The notes: generated from the sequence alone by a model not told the origin. 64,000 nucleotides of DNA from an uncultured archaeon (GCA_964458565.1 CAYWJO010000001.1:191160-255159), one strand, 5' to 3'. Positions 31,058-41,652 are shown, numbered from the stretch's first letter. Numbers and translations: made by a program.

Positions 31058-31138
31058 CTTGCTACGATTAGTTAATGAGGAAAGTTTCCTATGCAAAACC
31101 AGAATAACAAAATTTGCTCATATTCGGAGGCGTTTTGA

Positions 31139-31657
31139 TTGACCCTACTAAGTTTGAAAATTGCCCTAATAGGGAATGAAGGTGTAGGAAAAACTGAACT
31201 TACACCGTGGAATAGATCACCAATTGAGTATTCAGAAACTGTTGGTACCGACATTGCTCTTTACACTACAGTACTTCCAGGCACAGATATGAAAGTCAAG
31301 ATGCAGATATGGGAGCTTAATACCAAGAGTCGGTTTGATCTGATTCGGGACACTCTGTGGACAGGTACAGCAGGTGTGATTCTCGTGTGGGATGTGACTG
31401 ACAGAGCAAGCTTTGCTGCAGCTGACGACTGGTGGATAAAACTGAGCTCCAGTATTGGAGGTGTTCCTGTACTCTGTGTTGCCAATAAGACAGATATTGT
31501 CAGTGAGCGTGAGGTCACAACAGAAGAGGGATTATCATATTGCAGCGAAAATGGGTTTGAGTATGTAGAAAGTAGTAAAGGAAATCGAGCTGATTTTGAA
31601 CATGCATTAACAGATCTTGCAGTGAGAATTAAGGCATGGTTAGAAGAGAATAAGTGA
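31139..31657 (+). CDS. Rab/Ras-like small GTPase with degenerate G3 box
   Basis: G1 GNEGVGKT, TVG, KMQIWE, G4 NKTD, REVTTEEG, ESS. Confidence 0.8.
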   Translation: MTLLSLKIALIGNEGVGKTELTPWNRSPIEYSETVGTDIALYTTVLPGTDMKVKMQIWELNTKSRFDLIRDTLWTGTAGVILVWDVTDRASFAAADDWWIKLSSSIGGVPVLCVANKTDIVSEREVTTEEGLSYCSENGFEYVESSKGNRADFEHALTDLAVRIKAWLEENK

Positions 31658-31675
31658 GCTTCACGATGTGATCCG

Positions 31676-32437
31676 ATGACTGCCTTTGATAATCTTGCAA
31701 TTGCATACGATGGTGCTATAGAGTGGGAAGACCGGCTCAAGAGGGAGATTCCATTTCTCTTGAATTGTATCTACAAAGCTGATGCCAAAGTCCTGGATAT
31801 GGCATGTGGAAGTGGTAGGCATGCAATCTCTTTGGCGGAAAACGGATGCGAAGTTACTGCATTTGATAACAGCGAAGTAATGATAGACCGAGCGAAGGCA
31901 ATTGCAAATGAAATGAATGTTCAGGTTGAGTTCATTGTTGCAGAGATGAATGATATGGACAAAGCTGTAAATGGTAAATTCGATCTGATCTATTGTGTTG
32001 GCAATTCGCTTTCATTACTCAATGACCAAATTGAACTGAGTAGAGTAATATCGCTAGTTCATTCATTCTTAACTAAGGGAGGAACATTCGTTTTTCAGGT
32101 TCTAAATTTTGAAGAAATCATAGGAACAGGGTTCAGGTTTATGCCCCCGAAATCGGGTAGACTTGAATCCGGTCAAGAGGTGATTTTTAGTCGTTTCTTT
32201 GACCATGAACTAGGTAAAACCCATAGTAATCTTGTTATGAGTAGTTTTACAAAGAATGGGATTAGATGGATTCCAGAAGTATCAACACAGAGAATATTCA
32301 GACTAAGCCTTACTATTATACAAGAGACCCTGCAACATTGCGGATTCAAGGATTTCATTGTGTTCTCAGATTATTCAGGAAACGATTTTGTTCGATCACT
32401 TCATAGGAATATGATTTTTAAAATAAGAAAAAAATAA
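31676..32437 (+). CDS. class I SAM-dependent methyltransferase
   Basis: VLDMACGSGRH, FDLIYCVGNS. Confidence 0.85.
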   Translation: MTAFDNLAIAYDGAIEWEDRLKREIPFLLNCIYKADAKVLDMACGSGRHAISLAENGCEVTAFDNSEVMIDRAKAIANEMNVQVEFIVAEMNDMDKAVNGKFDLIYCVGNSLSLLNDQIELSRVISLVHSFLTKGGTFVFQVLNFEEIIGTGFRFMPPKSGRLESGQEVIFSRFFDHELGKTHSNLVMSSFTKNGIRWIPEVSTQRIFRLSLTIIQETLQHCGFKDFIVFSDYSGNDFVRSLHRNMIFKIRKK

Positions 32438-32441
32438 GTAT

Positions 32442-32469
32442 GTCAGGGCGGAAAATTTCCAACCCTGAC
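32442..32469. terminator. hairpin between convergent genes
   Basis: GTCAGGG..GGAA/TTCC..CCCTGAC next to an A-run (a T-run on the minus strand). Confidence 0.5.
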
Positions 32470-32490
32470 TGAGTTAGAGAGAATATACAG

Positions 32491-34182
32491 CTACTCTGGT
32501 TTCGCTAAACTCCTGATTCCAGAATATGCAAGAGTCATACCTATGAGTGACATGACCCCAACGCCTAAGAAACCAACAGCCATCATCACATTTCCTTCAC
32601 CTACTAATCCACTAAGCATGGTAAAGAAATCAATGCGAAAGACTATGTCTAGTAGTATCATCACAATGAACAAAGCCATTGAAGCAAACTGTGCAATCAG
32701 CATTGCTGACATTATATTGGCTTGATGTGCTGGTGACTTACTATCTTCATATGCTGGATTTCTCGCAGTTATACCAACAGCAACCATCGCAGCACCACAC
32801 TCAGCGATATACCCAAAGACGAACAGTAGAAGAAAGTTGGAAAGAGAGAGTGAGAACAATAATGCAATAATTACTACTGGAACTACTGTCAAGGGTACAC
32901 ATATCATGAATGCCATTACAAGTCTACTCTTCACAAAGCGGGATGCTCCGTGGGGAGTACTCTGGATAATCCAAAGCTGATCCTTACTCTCAAGAAATCC
33001 TTGACCAACAAATGGAAACACTCCACATATTGAAAGAAGCATTCCAAAGATGAAGAACATCTCCGTGAAGGAATCATAAAAATCACCCATCTGGCTAAAG
33101 AAGAATGGAAGGATTGATGCAAGAACGATACCATAACCAATTTTGGACAAATTCTGAGCCTTTCTCAAAAAATCCTTCATATTGGCTACAAGCAGTGCAC
33201 CAAATGATCCTGGTACAACACGTCTCATTCCCCGATATAGAACATTGTCCCTACCAACTGTAGTGACAGATTCAGTCCTAACACCAGCTTCAATTGTGAA
33301 GATTCTATCAGCAGTCCCCAGACCAATTCCAACAAGCCCTAGAACAAAAACACCAACTACAAGGGCACTCTGAAATAGGTCAAGAGAAAGTAGACCTGTA
33401 AATCCAATAAATTCAGCAGAGGTCCAACCAAGACCATTGAAAGCTACAATAATCTGACTAGTCAAATCAGCAAACCAAGTGAAGGGCGCAAAGATAAAGA
33501 CATCAAGCCCTAATATTTCAGACATAGCAGGTGCAAACATCATCAATCCATACATAGGGATAATAACAATGATTGCTACCACCATAGAAATTGCCTTAGC
33601 TATGTCATTTCCCTTTGAAGAATCACCAAGTCGTGCTTGAATCATACTAGTGAGCCAGTTAGATAACCAGATAGTACTGAGAGCCATCAATGTGATTGAA
33701 CCATAGATAGCAACCTGACCGATCAAAGATATCTCAAGTACTAAAGCAAACGGTGCTATCAATATAGGAGCCAAATATAATACAACTAGACCATATAGCA
33801 TGGTACGTCCAATATATTGACCAGACAGAATATCCCTTGTCCGTACGTTATTTGATAGCATAATCTCCCACTGCCCTATCTTGATCTCTTGAAGAGAGTA
33901 TGACATAGGAAATAGTAGAAGCATGAACCATACGAACATCATGACTGTCCGTAAAAGGCCAGGCATCATTGCACTCATTAGAATCTGAAGATCTTGCATC
34001 TCGAAGATTGTAAAGAGAATACTACCCATTATCATGGGAGCTAGCCATGCAGCCCATATCAGTCCAAGAGTGATTATTGCACCTAGATATAGTGCCCTTC
34101 GTCCCTTCATGCTTGAGCTTAGGACTAAGAACTCTGCCTTTGCAATTGCTGACCAAGGCTTAGTCACTTTGACTACCTCCAA
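32491..34182 (-). CDS. large ABC exporter permease, paralogue of 45881-47539
   Basis: ~14 TM; LQEIKIGQWEIMLSNNV and GFLESKDQLWII shared with 45881. Confidence 0.8.
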   Translation of the reverse strand: MEVVKVTKPWSAIAKAEFLVLSSSMKGRRALYLGAIITLGLIWAAWLAPMIMGSILFTIFEMQDLQILMSAMMPGLLRTVMMFVWFMLLLFPMSYSLQEIKIGQWEIMLSNNVRTRDILSGQYIGRTMLYGLVVLYLAPILIAPFALVLEISLIGQVAIYGSITLMALSTIWLSNWLTSMIQARLGDSSKGNDIAKAISMVVAIIVIIPMYGLMMFAPAMSEILGLDVFIFAPFTWFADLTSQIIVAFNGLGWTSAEFIGFTGLLSLDLFQSALVVGVFVLGLVGIGLGTADRIFTIEAGVRTESVTTVGRDNVLYRGMRRVVPGSFGALLVANMKDFLRKAQNLSKIGYGIVLASILPFFFSQMGDFYDSFTEMFFIFGMLLSICGVFPFVGQGFLESKDQLWIIQSTPHGASRFVKSRLVMAFMICVPLTVVPVVIIALLFSLSLSNFLLLFVFGYIAECGAAMVAVGITARNPAYEDSKSPAHQANIMSAMLIAQFASMALFIVMILLDIVFRIDFFTMLSGLVGEGNVMMAVGFLGVGVMSLIGMTLAYSGIRSLAKPE

Positions 34183-34955
34183 GCAAGCAGAGCCTTGCGA
34201 TCGATCTTTCCACCAACAATCTGCAAGTATGCGTCTTCTAAATCATCAACCTTGGCAGCTTCAATGATATCTTGAGGTGCGCCTAATGTTACTAATTGAC
34301 CTTCATTGAGAATCCCAATTACATCACAGACATCCTCGGCAAACTGCGTCATGTGAGTACAGATATAGAAGCTGGTTTCTGTTTCCTCAGCTAATACTAG
34401 AATTAGGTCTTTTACCAGAGCACTTGCTGATGGATCTAATCTAGACGTTGGTTCATCTAGAAACACCAGCTTAGGCTCATGTAGTAGGGTAGATGCAACC
34501 AAGACTTTCTGTTTCATACCAGAAGAGTAAGATTCCAGCAGGTCATCTCTTCTTCCCTCAAGTCCTAGCATTGCAAGTAGACTATCGATTCTTTTGTTGA
34601 GACTATCACCATTACGACTGTTGAGTGCACCGATGAACTCAAGGAACTCCACAGCTGACAGCTTAGAGTATAGTCCTGGTGATTCCGGGAGTAGCCCTGT
34701 TATCTCTTTGACTTTATCCCTGTTTCTCCCAACATCGAATCCGCAGACTTCTGCGGTTCCACTTGTCTGTTTCATGAGACCTGAAAGTATGCGGACAGTG
34801 GTCGTTTTTCCTGCTCCATTGGGACCCAAAAATCCAAACCTACTGCCTGACGCAACATCCAGATCCAGATCACGTACAGCATGAACTGTATCAAAGCGCT
34901 TGTTCAGAGCGCGTGTGCGAATGACGATTCCATTTCTAGCCATTTTTTCCACCAA
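34173..34955 (-). CDS. ABC transporter ATP-binding protein, paralogue of 45109-45879
   Basis: GPNGAGKTT, YSSGMKQK, FLDEPT. Confidence 0.92.
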   Translation of the reverse strand: MVEKMARNGIVIRTRALNKRFDTVHAVRDLDLDVASGSRFGFLGPNGAGKTTTVRILSGLMKQTSGTAEVCGFDVGRNRDKVKEITGLLPESPGLYSKLSAVEFLEFIGALNSRNGDSLNKRIDSLLAMLGLEGRRDDLLESYSSGMKQKVLVASTLLHEPKLVFLDEPTSRLDPSASALVKDLILVLAEETETSFYICTHMTQFAEDVCDVIGILNEGQLVTLGAPQDIIEAAKVDDLEDAYLQIVGGKIDRKALLAWR

Positions 34956-35102
34956 TTTTCTTGGTAAAGCATCTTGCTAAATCTTTACCAAATTCTAGTA
35001 CAATATTCAACAAGTTTATATATAAATTTATGCAATAACGTATATGAGAATTACCACGAAACTGCTAAATAGTGGAGTGATGATGAAAACGAGGAATCAG
35101 AA

Positions 35103-35642
35103 ATGGGTCTGTTAAGCACTCAAGAAGAAAAGGTCTGGGAACTGTTCCAGAAGGGATACAGTACAAGTGAGATTCCAGAACAATCTCCTGAAGAGGAGTG
35201 GGAATCAGCATATGTATCTAGAGTGCTAAATCGAGCTCGGAAGAAAATTGAGAAGGCACTTAGAAATCAAGCTAACTCACATCGACTTGACATTGAGAGT
35301 GTCCAAGATTACAAGGGTTTGTTAATCGGATTCGATTATCAGGCCAATGCACAGGTGTATATGATATTCACCATTAGACTCGGAATAATAGTATGGTACA
35401 AACATGACAGCTATGCAGGAAAGCTCTGTGATGGGAAAGTCTTTGGAAGATCTGATGCAATGGCAGGAGGACCCTGTCCAAAATACGATGAGTGTCGTGA
35501 AACCCTTGATGCAGTCATGGACGAATACAGCATCAAACTTCGTCCAGATGAAGAACAGCTCTATATGACTGAACAGTCTATTGCAATTTTCAACAAGCTC
35601 GCAGCAAAAGAAGTTCCTCGTTACAAACGCAAAGATGAATGA
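35103..35642 (+). CDS. putative HTH transcriptional regulator
   Basis: N-terminal LSTQEEKVWEL..KGYSTSEI....YVSRVLNRARKKI; divergent from the ABC genes. Confidence 0.55.
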   Translation: MGLLSTQEEKVWELFQKGYSTSEIPEQSPEEEWESAYVSRVLNRARKKIEKALRNQANSHRLDIESVQDYKGLLIGFDYQANAQVYMIFTIRLGIIVWYKHDSYAGKLCDGKVFGRSDAMAGGPCPKYDECRETLDAVMDEYSIKLRPDEEQLYMTEQSIAIFNKLAAKEVPRYKRKDE

Positions 35643-35651
35643 TAGGAGAAA

Positions 35652-36401
35652 ATGGAAGTGGGTTTAGACACAAGTGAAAGATTGGTGAAACCTCCAGAGA
35701 TGGATGTAGTAACGAGCGGAAGGATTTTCAAACCAAGCTCGGCATTTAAGAAGAAGTATTTGTTCATAAGCATAATGTCAGTCATTATTGGCTGGCTTCT
35801 CATTGTTGTAACTCTTTGGTCATCCTTGTTCATAGCAGGCGCTATTACTGGTAGTGGGACAGGAACTTTGCTTCAGGATGCACTCTGGACAATAACTCAG
35901 TGGTATACCGTGATATGTGGAATTATTTTACTGACAGGGATTCTCATTGTAAATGCTTGGATCAATAGCATTGAGTATTCAGTCGTTGGTGAATCGGGTG
36001 AAGCCATGCCTGAAATTTATGTGAAATCAGGCATAATAGATGTTACCGAGAAGCATGTGGGTTTTAATGCTATAACAAATGTATCTGCACGTGCAGGTCC
36101 GTTTGATAGAATCTTTGGGATTGGAAGTGTGTTCATTGAAACTGCAGGTAGTTCATCCGTACAGCTAGGTGGAATTTTGGCACCGGATATTAAGATAGAG
36201 GGAGTCACCTTCTTCAAGGAGCTAAGAGATCATATTGTTAGAGAAATGCGGAAAACAAAAGGGGCATATAAATTAACAACAGAAACTGGATTTGGTAGTG
36301 AACGAGATATAATCGCGACGGGCGATGATTTGGCCATTGTGTTACAGGAGATTCTACGAGTGCTACGTAGGTTAGATGATAAGCTAGACAGGTTAGGGTG
36401 A
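35652..36401 (+). CDS. 2-TM protein with bacterial PH (bPH_2/YdbS-like) domain
   Basis: GII...EKHV.F..ITNV...AGPFDRIFGIGSV.IETAG. Confidence 0.8.
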   Translation: MEVGLDTSERLVKPPEMDVVTSGRIFKPSSAFKKKYLFISIMSVIIGWLLIVVTLWSSLFIAGAITGSGTGTLLQDALWTITQWYTVICGIILLTGILIVNAWINSIEYSVVGESGEAMPEIYVKSGIIDVTEKHVGFNAITNVSARAGPFDRIFGIGSVFIETAGSSSVQLGGILAPDIKIEGVTFFKELRDHIVREMRKTKGAYKLTTETGFGSERDIIATGDDLAIVLQEILRVLRRLDDKLDRLG

Positions 36402-37129
36402 TAATAATGAGAGAAGGTGTAGTAATCAAACCTCCAATGGAACGAGTAAAGAGTGGAAAGGTATTCAGACCCTCACCAACCCTTAGAAACAAGTATTATT
36501 TGACTGGATTAATTACAGCTGTGATATTCTGGGCAATAATAGTTGGAGGATGGTTGGGAATTGGATACATGATCCTAGCAGGTGATGGCCTGACAAATGC
36601 ACAGATTTTTGCGATATTTGGAGAATGGTGGCTGTCTGTGAACATCGGTTATTGGGGCTTATCTTGCATTTGGATTATTCCTGGGCTGATTATAACTCCG
36701 ATGTACATCAATAGAATTGAGTATTCAGTTATATCAGAATCCGGAGAAGCCATGCCAGAGATATATGTTAGAAAAGGGATTGTCAATATCACGGAAAAGC
36801 ATGTCATGTTTAGAAATATTACTTCAATCCAAAGTCGAGCAGGACCGCTAGATCGATTATTTGGAATTGGAAATGTGGAGATACAAACAGCAGGAATCAC
36901 CAGTGGTACTCAACCAGGGTCTAAACCAGAAGAGAAAATCGAGGGCATTCCCTTTTTCGAGGAAGTACGAGATTTCGTTCTTCAGGAACTGAGGAAGTTT
37001 CATCGCCCCTATGTCACTGGTACAGAGGTTGATGCTCCTGGAATCCAAACAGGAAAGTCTGTTGTTTCAACTCAAGAGGTAGTTGAGATTCTCGGAGAAA
37101 TAAGGGATCTTTTACGTGATAAAAGGTGA
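36398..37129 (+). CDS. 2-TM protein with bacterial PH domain, tandem paralogue
   Basis: ESGEAMPEIYV shared with the upstream gene; GPLDRLFGIGNVEIQTAG. Confidence 0.8.
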   Translation: MIIMREGVVIKPPMERVKSGKVFRPSPTLRNKYYLTGLITAVIFWAIIVGGWLGIGYMILAGDGLTNAQIFAIFGEWWLSVNIGYWGLSCIWIIPGLIITPMYINRIEYSVISESGEAMPEIYVRKGIVNITEKHVMFRNITSIQSRAGPLDRLFGIGNVEIQTAGITSGTQPGSKPEEKIEGIPFFEEVRDFVLQELRKFHRPYVTGTEVDAPGIQTGKSVVSTQEVVEILGEIRDLLRDKR

Positions 37130-37429
37130 ATAATTGCAAATGGATTGTAGATGGCTTGGATTCCTAGGTTTCTTGAGCGCAGGAGCAGGACTTTTTATTT
37201 CGCTTCTACTTATCTCTCTCTCAGGCTAATAGTGCTTGAGGATAGGTACCACTTCCATCGCGGAATGGAGTGAGTCTGCTCTGTTCCGCACCTTTATGAT
37301 GAACCGAAGACATGAAGACACGGGTGTGAAAAAAAGGACTCACGTAGAATAATACTCAAAATTTCTCTTGTGACATTAATGTTTTTCTTCTTCTTGCTAG
37401 CAATATTCCTTCACATGGCGAATCCATAA

Positions 37430-37729
37430 TCAGAGTGATACAGATGTCCAAAGAGGAATTGCGATGATTACAAGTAGGAAGCTCAAAAGATAGAGAATTG
37501 CAAATCGCCGTCCATTCATTATTTGTCCTCGATGAATGATAAAGCCAGCGAGGACAATTGCAAAACCTAGGGGAAAAATGAATGTGAGTCCAGGAGTTGC
37601 GACGATTATAAGACCAGGTGCCAGAGGAGGACGCATTATATAGAGTATGACCTTGAATAACGAGTCAAGATATAATCCTGTAATCATCATCAGAATGCCG
37701 ACAATGACCGTGGATTTGCTCCGTTCCAT
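37430..37729 (-). CDS. small membrane protein
   Basis: three hydrophobic segments; GAGGA upstream. Confidence 0.6.
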   Translation of the reverse strand: MERSKSTVIVGILMMITGLYLDSLFKVILYIMRPPLAPGLIIVATPGLTFIFPLGFAIVLAGFIIHRGQIMNGRRFAILYLLSFLLVIIAIPLWTSVSL

Positions 37730-37847
37730 TTCATTATCCTCAGAAATACCTTACAGAATAATATGGAAAATTTACTCATTAGTTTAATTATTCTCCGTAG
37801 TATATTATCGAGATTGGAAACATAGTGAATCCATTTTACTAGTGGTT

Positions 37848-38693
37848 TCACTCTAATATGATGCCATATCGTTTTAGAAGAATCTCCAGATTACTCAGAC
37901 TATCTTGAGCGTCTTCACGTGGACGCACCTCTATGACATACTGCAATCCTCTTGATATCGAACCAAGAAGTGTTAGCGATTCGGAAAAGTCTATCAAACC
38001 AGTTCCAATCACCTGATGTGAACCAAACTCCTGAGCCCAATCATGTAGATGGACAACTTCTATAGAATCCAGATGTTGCTTGAAGAGGTTCCAATCAGAC
38101 TTGAGTAATGACAAGTCGGAGTTGTATAGTTTGGGAATATCCATACATAGTTTAAGCCCTCTTGGAACAAGAATTCTAATGACTTCGTGTGCAATCGTAG
38201 TCCATTTGTAGTTCTCTAAAACAATATCTACATCAGGGCACCCATAATCCATGAGCTCTGTCAGTATTTCACTGAGGGCTCGCTGATACGTATCTTGATG
38301 AGATTCTACGAATTCATCACTCATTGATCGAGGCTTTCGGAACTGTGGGATCACCCCTGCGTGTAGGACAAGATTAGTTGATTTCCAGCTGACATCACGA
38401 GCAAAATCAATTATAGACTTGAAGTATTCCAGAATACCCGTTCTGATATGAGGGTAGGTTACGAAGAGATTCACGTCATCTCCAGGAGCGTGAAATCCCC
38501 ATTCAATCGAGAGTTCTTCTGATGAACGGCGGAGTCGATCACGGTCTTTTTCTGAATGGAGATGGGGTGAGAATCGGGGCACGCTGATATCAGGAACAAT
38601 TCCAGTCCAATTATTGTCTGCTGCATAATTCAAAGATTCTTGCAGAGTATCATCATAAATAACGTGATAGGCTCTTCTGGAAGGTAAGACCAT
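37848..38693 (-). CDS. sugar phosphate isomerase/epimerase (AP_endonuc_2 TIM-barrel) family protein
   Basis: FHAP, VLHAG, LEN, VHLHD, HQVIGTGLIDF, IEV. Confidence 0.8.
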   Translation of the reverse strand: MVLPSRRAYHVIYDDTLQESLNYAADNNWTGIVPDISVPRFSPHLHSEKDRDRLRRSSEELSIEWGFHAPGDDVNLFVTYPHIRTGILEYFKSIIDFARDVSWKSTNLVLHAGVIPQFRKPRSMSDEFVESHQDTYQRALSEILTELMDYGCPDVDIVLENYKWTTIAHEVIRILVPRGLKLCMDIPKLYNSDLSLLKSDWNLFKQHLDSIEVVHLHDWAQEFGSHQVIGTGLIDFSESLTLLGSISRGLQYVIEVRPREDAQDSLSNLEILLKRYGIILE

Positions 38694-38735
38694 ATCAGCA
38701 ATTAAGGCAATTTCACCATATGAGTCTAATTAGAG

Positions 38736-39548
38736 TCAAGATTTGCGATGCGAGGGGTAAATAATCTGGCCATTGTCGAAAACTATTAGTTCGCCGTTGG
38801 CGAATTCAACCCAGTCTTCGGTAGTTAGTTCTTCTGTAACAATGAGATATCCATTAGTTTGGGGTATCTCCCTATTGTCAGAGATTCGTATTTTAACAGA
38901 TCCTAATCGTTCTTCGTTTCTAATCAGTTCAGTAGTTCCAAATGGAGATGATCGTTTGATAAAGCGGAGACCGTCATTGTGTCTGTTCTCATCTGAGTAG
39001 CAAAAGAGCCTAACACCATCAGATAGCAGACAATTGAATGTATTAATACGGTCATTGATATCATGGAGTAGATCTTGGAGAGATGAGAACCAACGGTTAT
39101 CCCAAGTGCTAATCCTATTCGCTTGGATCCAATCCAAGATGTAACAGAATGCTTGTTCGGAATCAGTTTCTCCTAATGGCACAAATGTTCGTAACTGAAG
39201 TTTGTCTTTTGTTTTCAAAGTGCCATTGTGAGCGAAAACCCACTCCCGTCGGACATCATCAATCTGTACCTTTCGATAGAATGGGTGAGTATTCAAATAA
39301 CTTCTGATTCCCATAGTAGTTCGTCTCACGTGGCATAGGAAAGTCTTGGAATTAGTGCTATTCTCTACAAAATCAAACAGGGTGCTATTTGTCGCAGGTT
39401 CTGGTTCCTTAACAATTTGAAGCGAGTTTTCATGATAGTACGCAACACCCCAACCATCAGGGTTTTCTTTTCCTCTACGTTGAAATACATCTAAAGAGAT
39501 TCGAGCATTGATGGGATTGTTAAATGATAATCCTAGTAAATCGCACAT
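38736..39548 (-). CDS. class II glutamine amidotransferase (YafJ-like)
   Basis: MC N-terminus, NPDGWG, HVR, NTHPF, FAHNG, GETDSE. Confidence 0.9.
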   Translation of the reverse strand: MCDLLGLSFNNPINARISLDVFQRRGKENPDGWGVAYYHENSLQIVKEPEPATNSTLFDFVENSTNSKTFLCHVRRTTMGIRSYLNTHPFYRKVQIDDVRREWVFAHNGTLKTKDKLQLRTFVPLGETDSEQAFCYILDWIQANRISTWDNRWFSSLQDLLHDINDRINTFNCLLSDGVRLFCYSDENRHNDGLRFIKRSSPFGTTELIRNEERLGSVKIRISDNREIPQTNGYLIVTEELTTEDWVEFANGELIVFDNGQIIYPSHRKS

Positions 39549-39580
39549 CTAAAACACAAATACAGCATCTCGAAATTCAG

Positions 39581-40222
39581 TCATAAATGTTCAGAGGATA
39601 TAATGGCATATACACCACCACAGAACGACACCTGTTCGTAAGTCACATAGATACCTGTTCCACGTGTCATCATCTGAATTGTATCAGCAGCCCAATAGAA
39701 CTCAGAATCATCCCATTCATCCGCTAATTCTTTTCGAGCCTGTCCGAGTTCATAGAAACTACGGAATGAAACATCACCAACCACCAGTCTACCTCTTTCA
39801 ACGAGGGTCTCGTTCATTATTCGCCGGATGATTCCAATCTTTTCATCTAATTTGAAGTGGTGCAGTGTATATGCGGATACCACTCGATCAAAATTAGATA
39901 GTTCAGATGGCCATTTAGAACCAATATCGCATTTAATTAGATTCGCAGAAGAAATCTTCTTAGCTGCTAATTCCAGCATCCTGTCAGAGAAGTCCATACC
40001 CCAGATTTCACAGTTATAATCAACAAAGCGCTTGGCTAACTCTCCAGTTCCTATTCCCAGATCCAATATTTTCATCCCTGGTTGAGGCGCACACAGCTCA
40101 ACAATCCGATTGAGAATGTTTTCATATCCTGAGAAAGGGAAGCTTTCTTTTGAGAACTCAAGCATATCATCATATGTGGATGCCCACTTATCAAACATCT
40201 CAGGAGTTCTTCGAGGACTCAT
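39581..40222 (-). CDS. class I SAM-dependent methyltransferase
   Basis: FDKWASTYD, ILDLGIGTG, VSAYTLHH. Confidence 0.85.
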   Translation of the reverse strand: MSPRRTPEMFDKWASTYDDMLEFSKESFPFSGYENILNRIVELCAPQPGMKILDLGIGTGELAKRFVDYNCEIWGMDFSDRMLELAAKKISSANLIKCDIGSKWPSELSNFDRVVSAYTLHHFKLDEKIGIIRRIMNETLVERGRLVVGDVSFRSFYELGQARKELADEWDDSEFYWAADTIQMMTRGTGIYVTYEQVSFCGGVYAIISSEHL

Positions 40223-40397
40223 TATATCTGATATGTACTCTTCTTGATATCTGTCTATCTGACCACTTTATTTTATGAGCCTTGACACGAGAAGTCACTG
40301 ATTGAGCCTTAGAATATAATTGAAAAGATATTAGACACATCAACAAGAATTTAGGCAAATGGCGTTCGCAACAGATCAAAATAATGAAAGGCGATAA

Positions 40398-40688
40398 ATG
40401 AGATTGGCAAAAAAGAGAAAATCAGCAGGTCGCGCTAAAGGTGGATCAGGAAGCAAAGGCACAGTTCAATGTTCAAGATGTGGTCGTATGGTACCCTTGG
40501 ATAAAGCCAAGAAGTTCACCAAGAGTACATCAGTCGTAGAACCACAAATAGCTAGAGAACTTAAACAGCAAGGTTCGTATATTCAAACTAGAAGGGTGAC
40601 GTCCTATTACTGTGTTAGTTGTGCAGTCCATTCCGGCAAGGTTCATATACGGCAAGCAGACCAGAGAAGACCTACGGCAAAACGATAA
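40398..40688 (+). CDS. rps26e: 30S ribosomal protein eS26
   Basis: KKRK..GRAKG, VQCSRCGR.VP.DKA, YCVSCAVH. Confidence 0.92.
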   Translation: MRLAKKRKSAGRAKGGSGSKGTVQCSRCGRMVPLDKAKKFTKSTSVVEPQIARELKQQGSYIQTRRVTSYYCVSCAVHSGKVHIRQADQRRPTAKR

Positions 40689-40788
40689 ACAGGTTTTGAC
40701 AATAGTTTCATGTTTTGTTGGGTTCGAGAGCCTTAATGGAATACTCACAATTCACTCATGAAGGAATTGTTCAGAGTTAACACATCTA

Positions 40789-41091
40789 TCATTTCGGAAT
40801 CAGACGAGTTGTAGTTGACTCTATTCGAATTTCTTTCAGTTGGTTTGTAAGCTGTGAATAGCGGACATCGTTTCTAAGACGTTCGACCTTCTTATTGTAG
40901 TCATCTTCGTCTAAGTATTTTGAAATGTAGTACGTCACTGAGGGATTGCTTTCTTCAGCCCAAGCTCCGACGATATCAATTTCATACTCTTCGTAAAGTT
41001 TCTCGAATTCACTTCGTAGTTCATCCATTCTAGGTATATTTTCGTGACTTGTTTTCGATTTGTAAAGCATATAGAAGCTCAATTTCATCAC
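40789..41091 (-). CDS. NIPSNAP-like protein
   Basis: 100 aa; F..LYE.Y.I.IVGAW....., ends TRLIP. Confidence 0.55.
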   Translation of the reverse strand: MMKLSFYMLYKSKTSHENIPRMDELRSEFEKLYEEYEIDIVGAWAEESNPSVTYYISKYLDEDDYNKKVERLRNDVRYSQLTNQLKEIRIESTTTRLIPK

Positions 41092-41268
41092 AAATTTAAC
41101 TATTGTTAAATATTAGATAAATGTTCCTCAAGCTCTAAATCAATTGATATGCTAGCCCTCTATCACTGTTGTCTGTCTTATGAGTCGTAGAATGAAAAGC
41201 GATTTTTGTTGGTAATAGGAGTGAAGATACTCGATTAGGACAACTTATCTTCTATTTTTAATGTACAA

Positions 41269-41652
41269 ATGATGGTGGAGATTTTGACAAATGTAAGTGT
41301 TATCGGAATCTATGTTGATGACATAAGTGAAGCTGTAATGTTTTACTGCGACAAACTTGGTTTTGAGATACAGAACCAGTATAATGATGGTTACATTGTG
41401 ATGCTAAAGAACGAAGGACCAAGATTGATACTGGAACAAGTAGAAAACCCATCAGAGAAAAAAATTCCTGGATATTCCCAAATTGTTATTTGTATTGCGA
41501 CAGATGATATTATAGCAAAATCCACGGAGTTGAAGAAAATGGGTGTGGAATTCCTTTTTGATCAACCAATGCCATTCACTGCAGGTAAATACATGATTAT
41601 GAATGATCCAGCTGGAAATATTATCGAACTCCTAGAATTTGACAGGGAATAG
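41269..41652 (+). CDS. VOC/glyoxalase family protein
   Basis: IYVDD..EA..FY.DKLGF, DPAGNIIEL. Confidence 0.88.
   Translation: MMVEILTNVSVIGIYVDDISEAVMFYCDKLGFEIQNQYNDGYIVMLKNEGPRLILEQVENPSEKKIPGYSQIVICIATDDIIAKSTELKKMGVEFLFDQPMPFTAGKYMIMNDPAGNIIELLEFDRE

Noticed and set aside
37140-37229. 29-aa hydrophobic ORF MDCRWLGFLGFLSAGAG...
   Set aside because: Too short, with no clear ribosome-binding site; cannot be supported without homologues.
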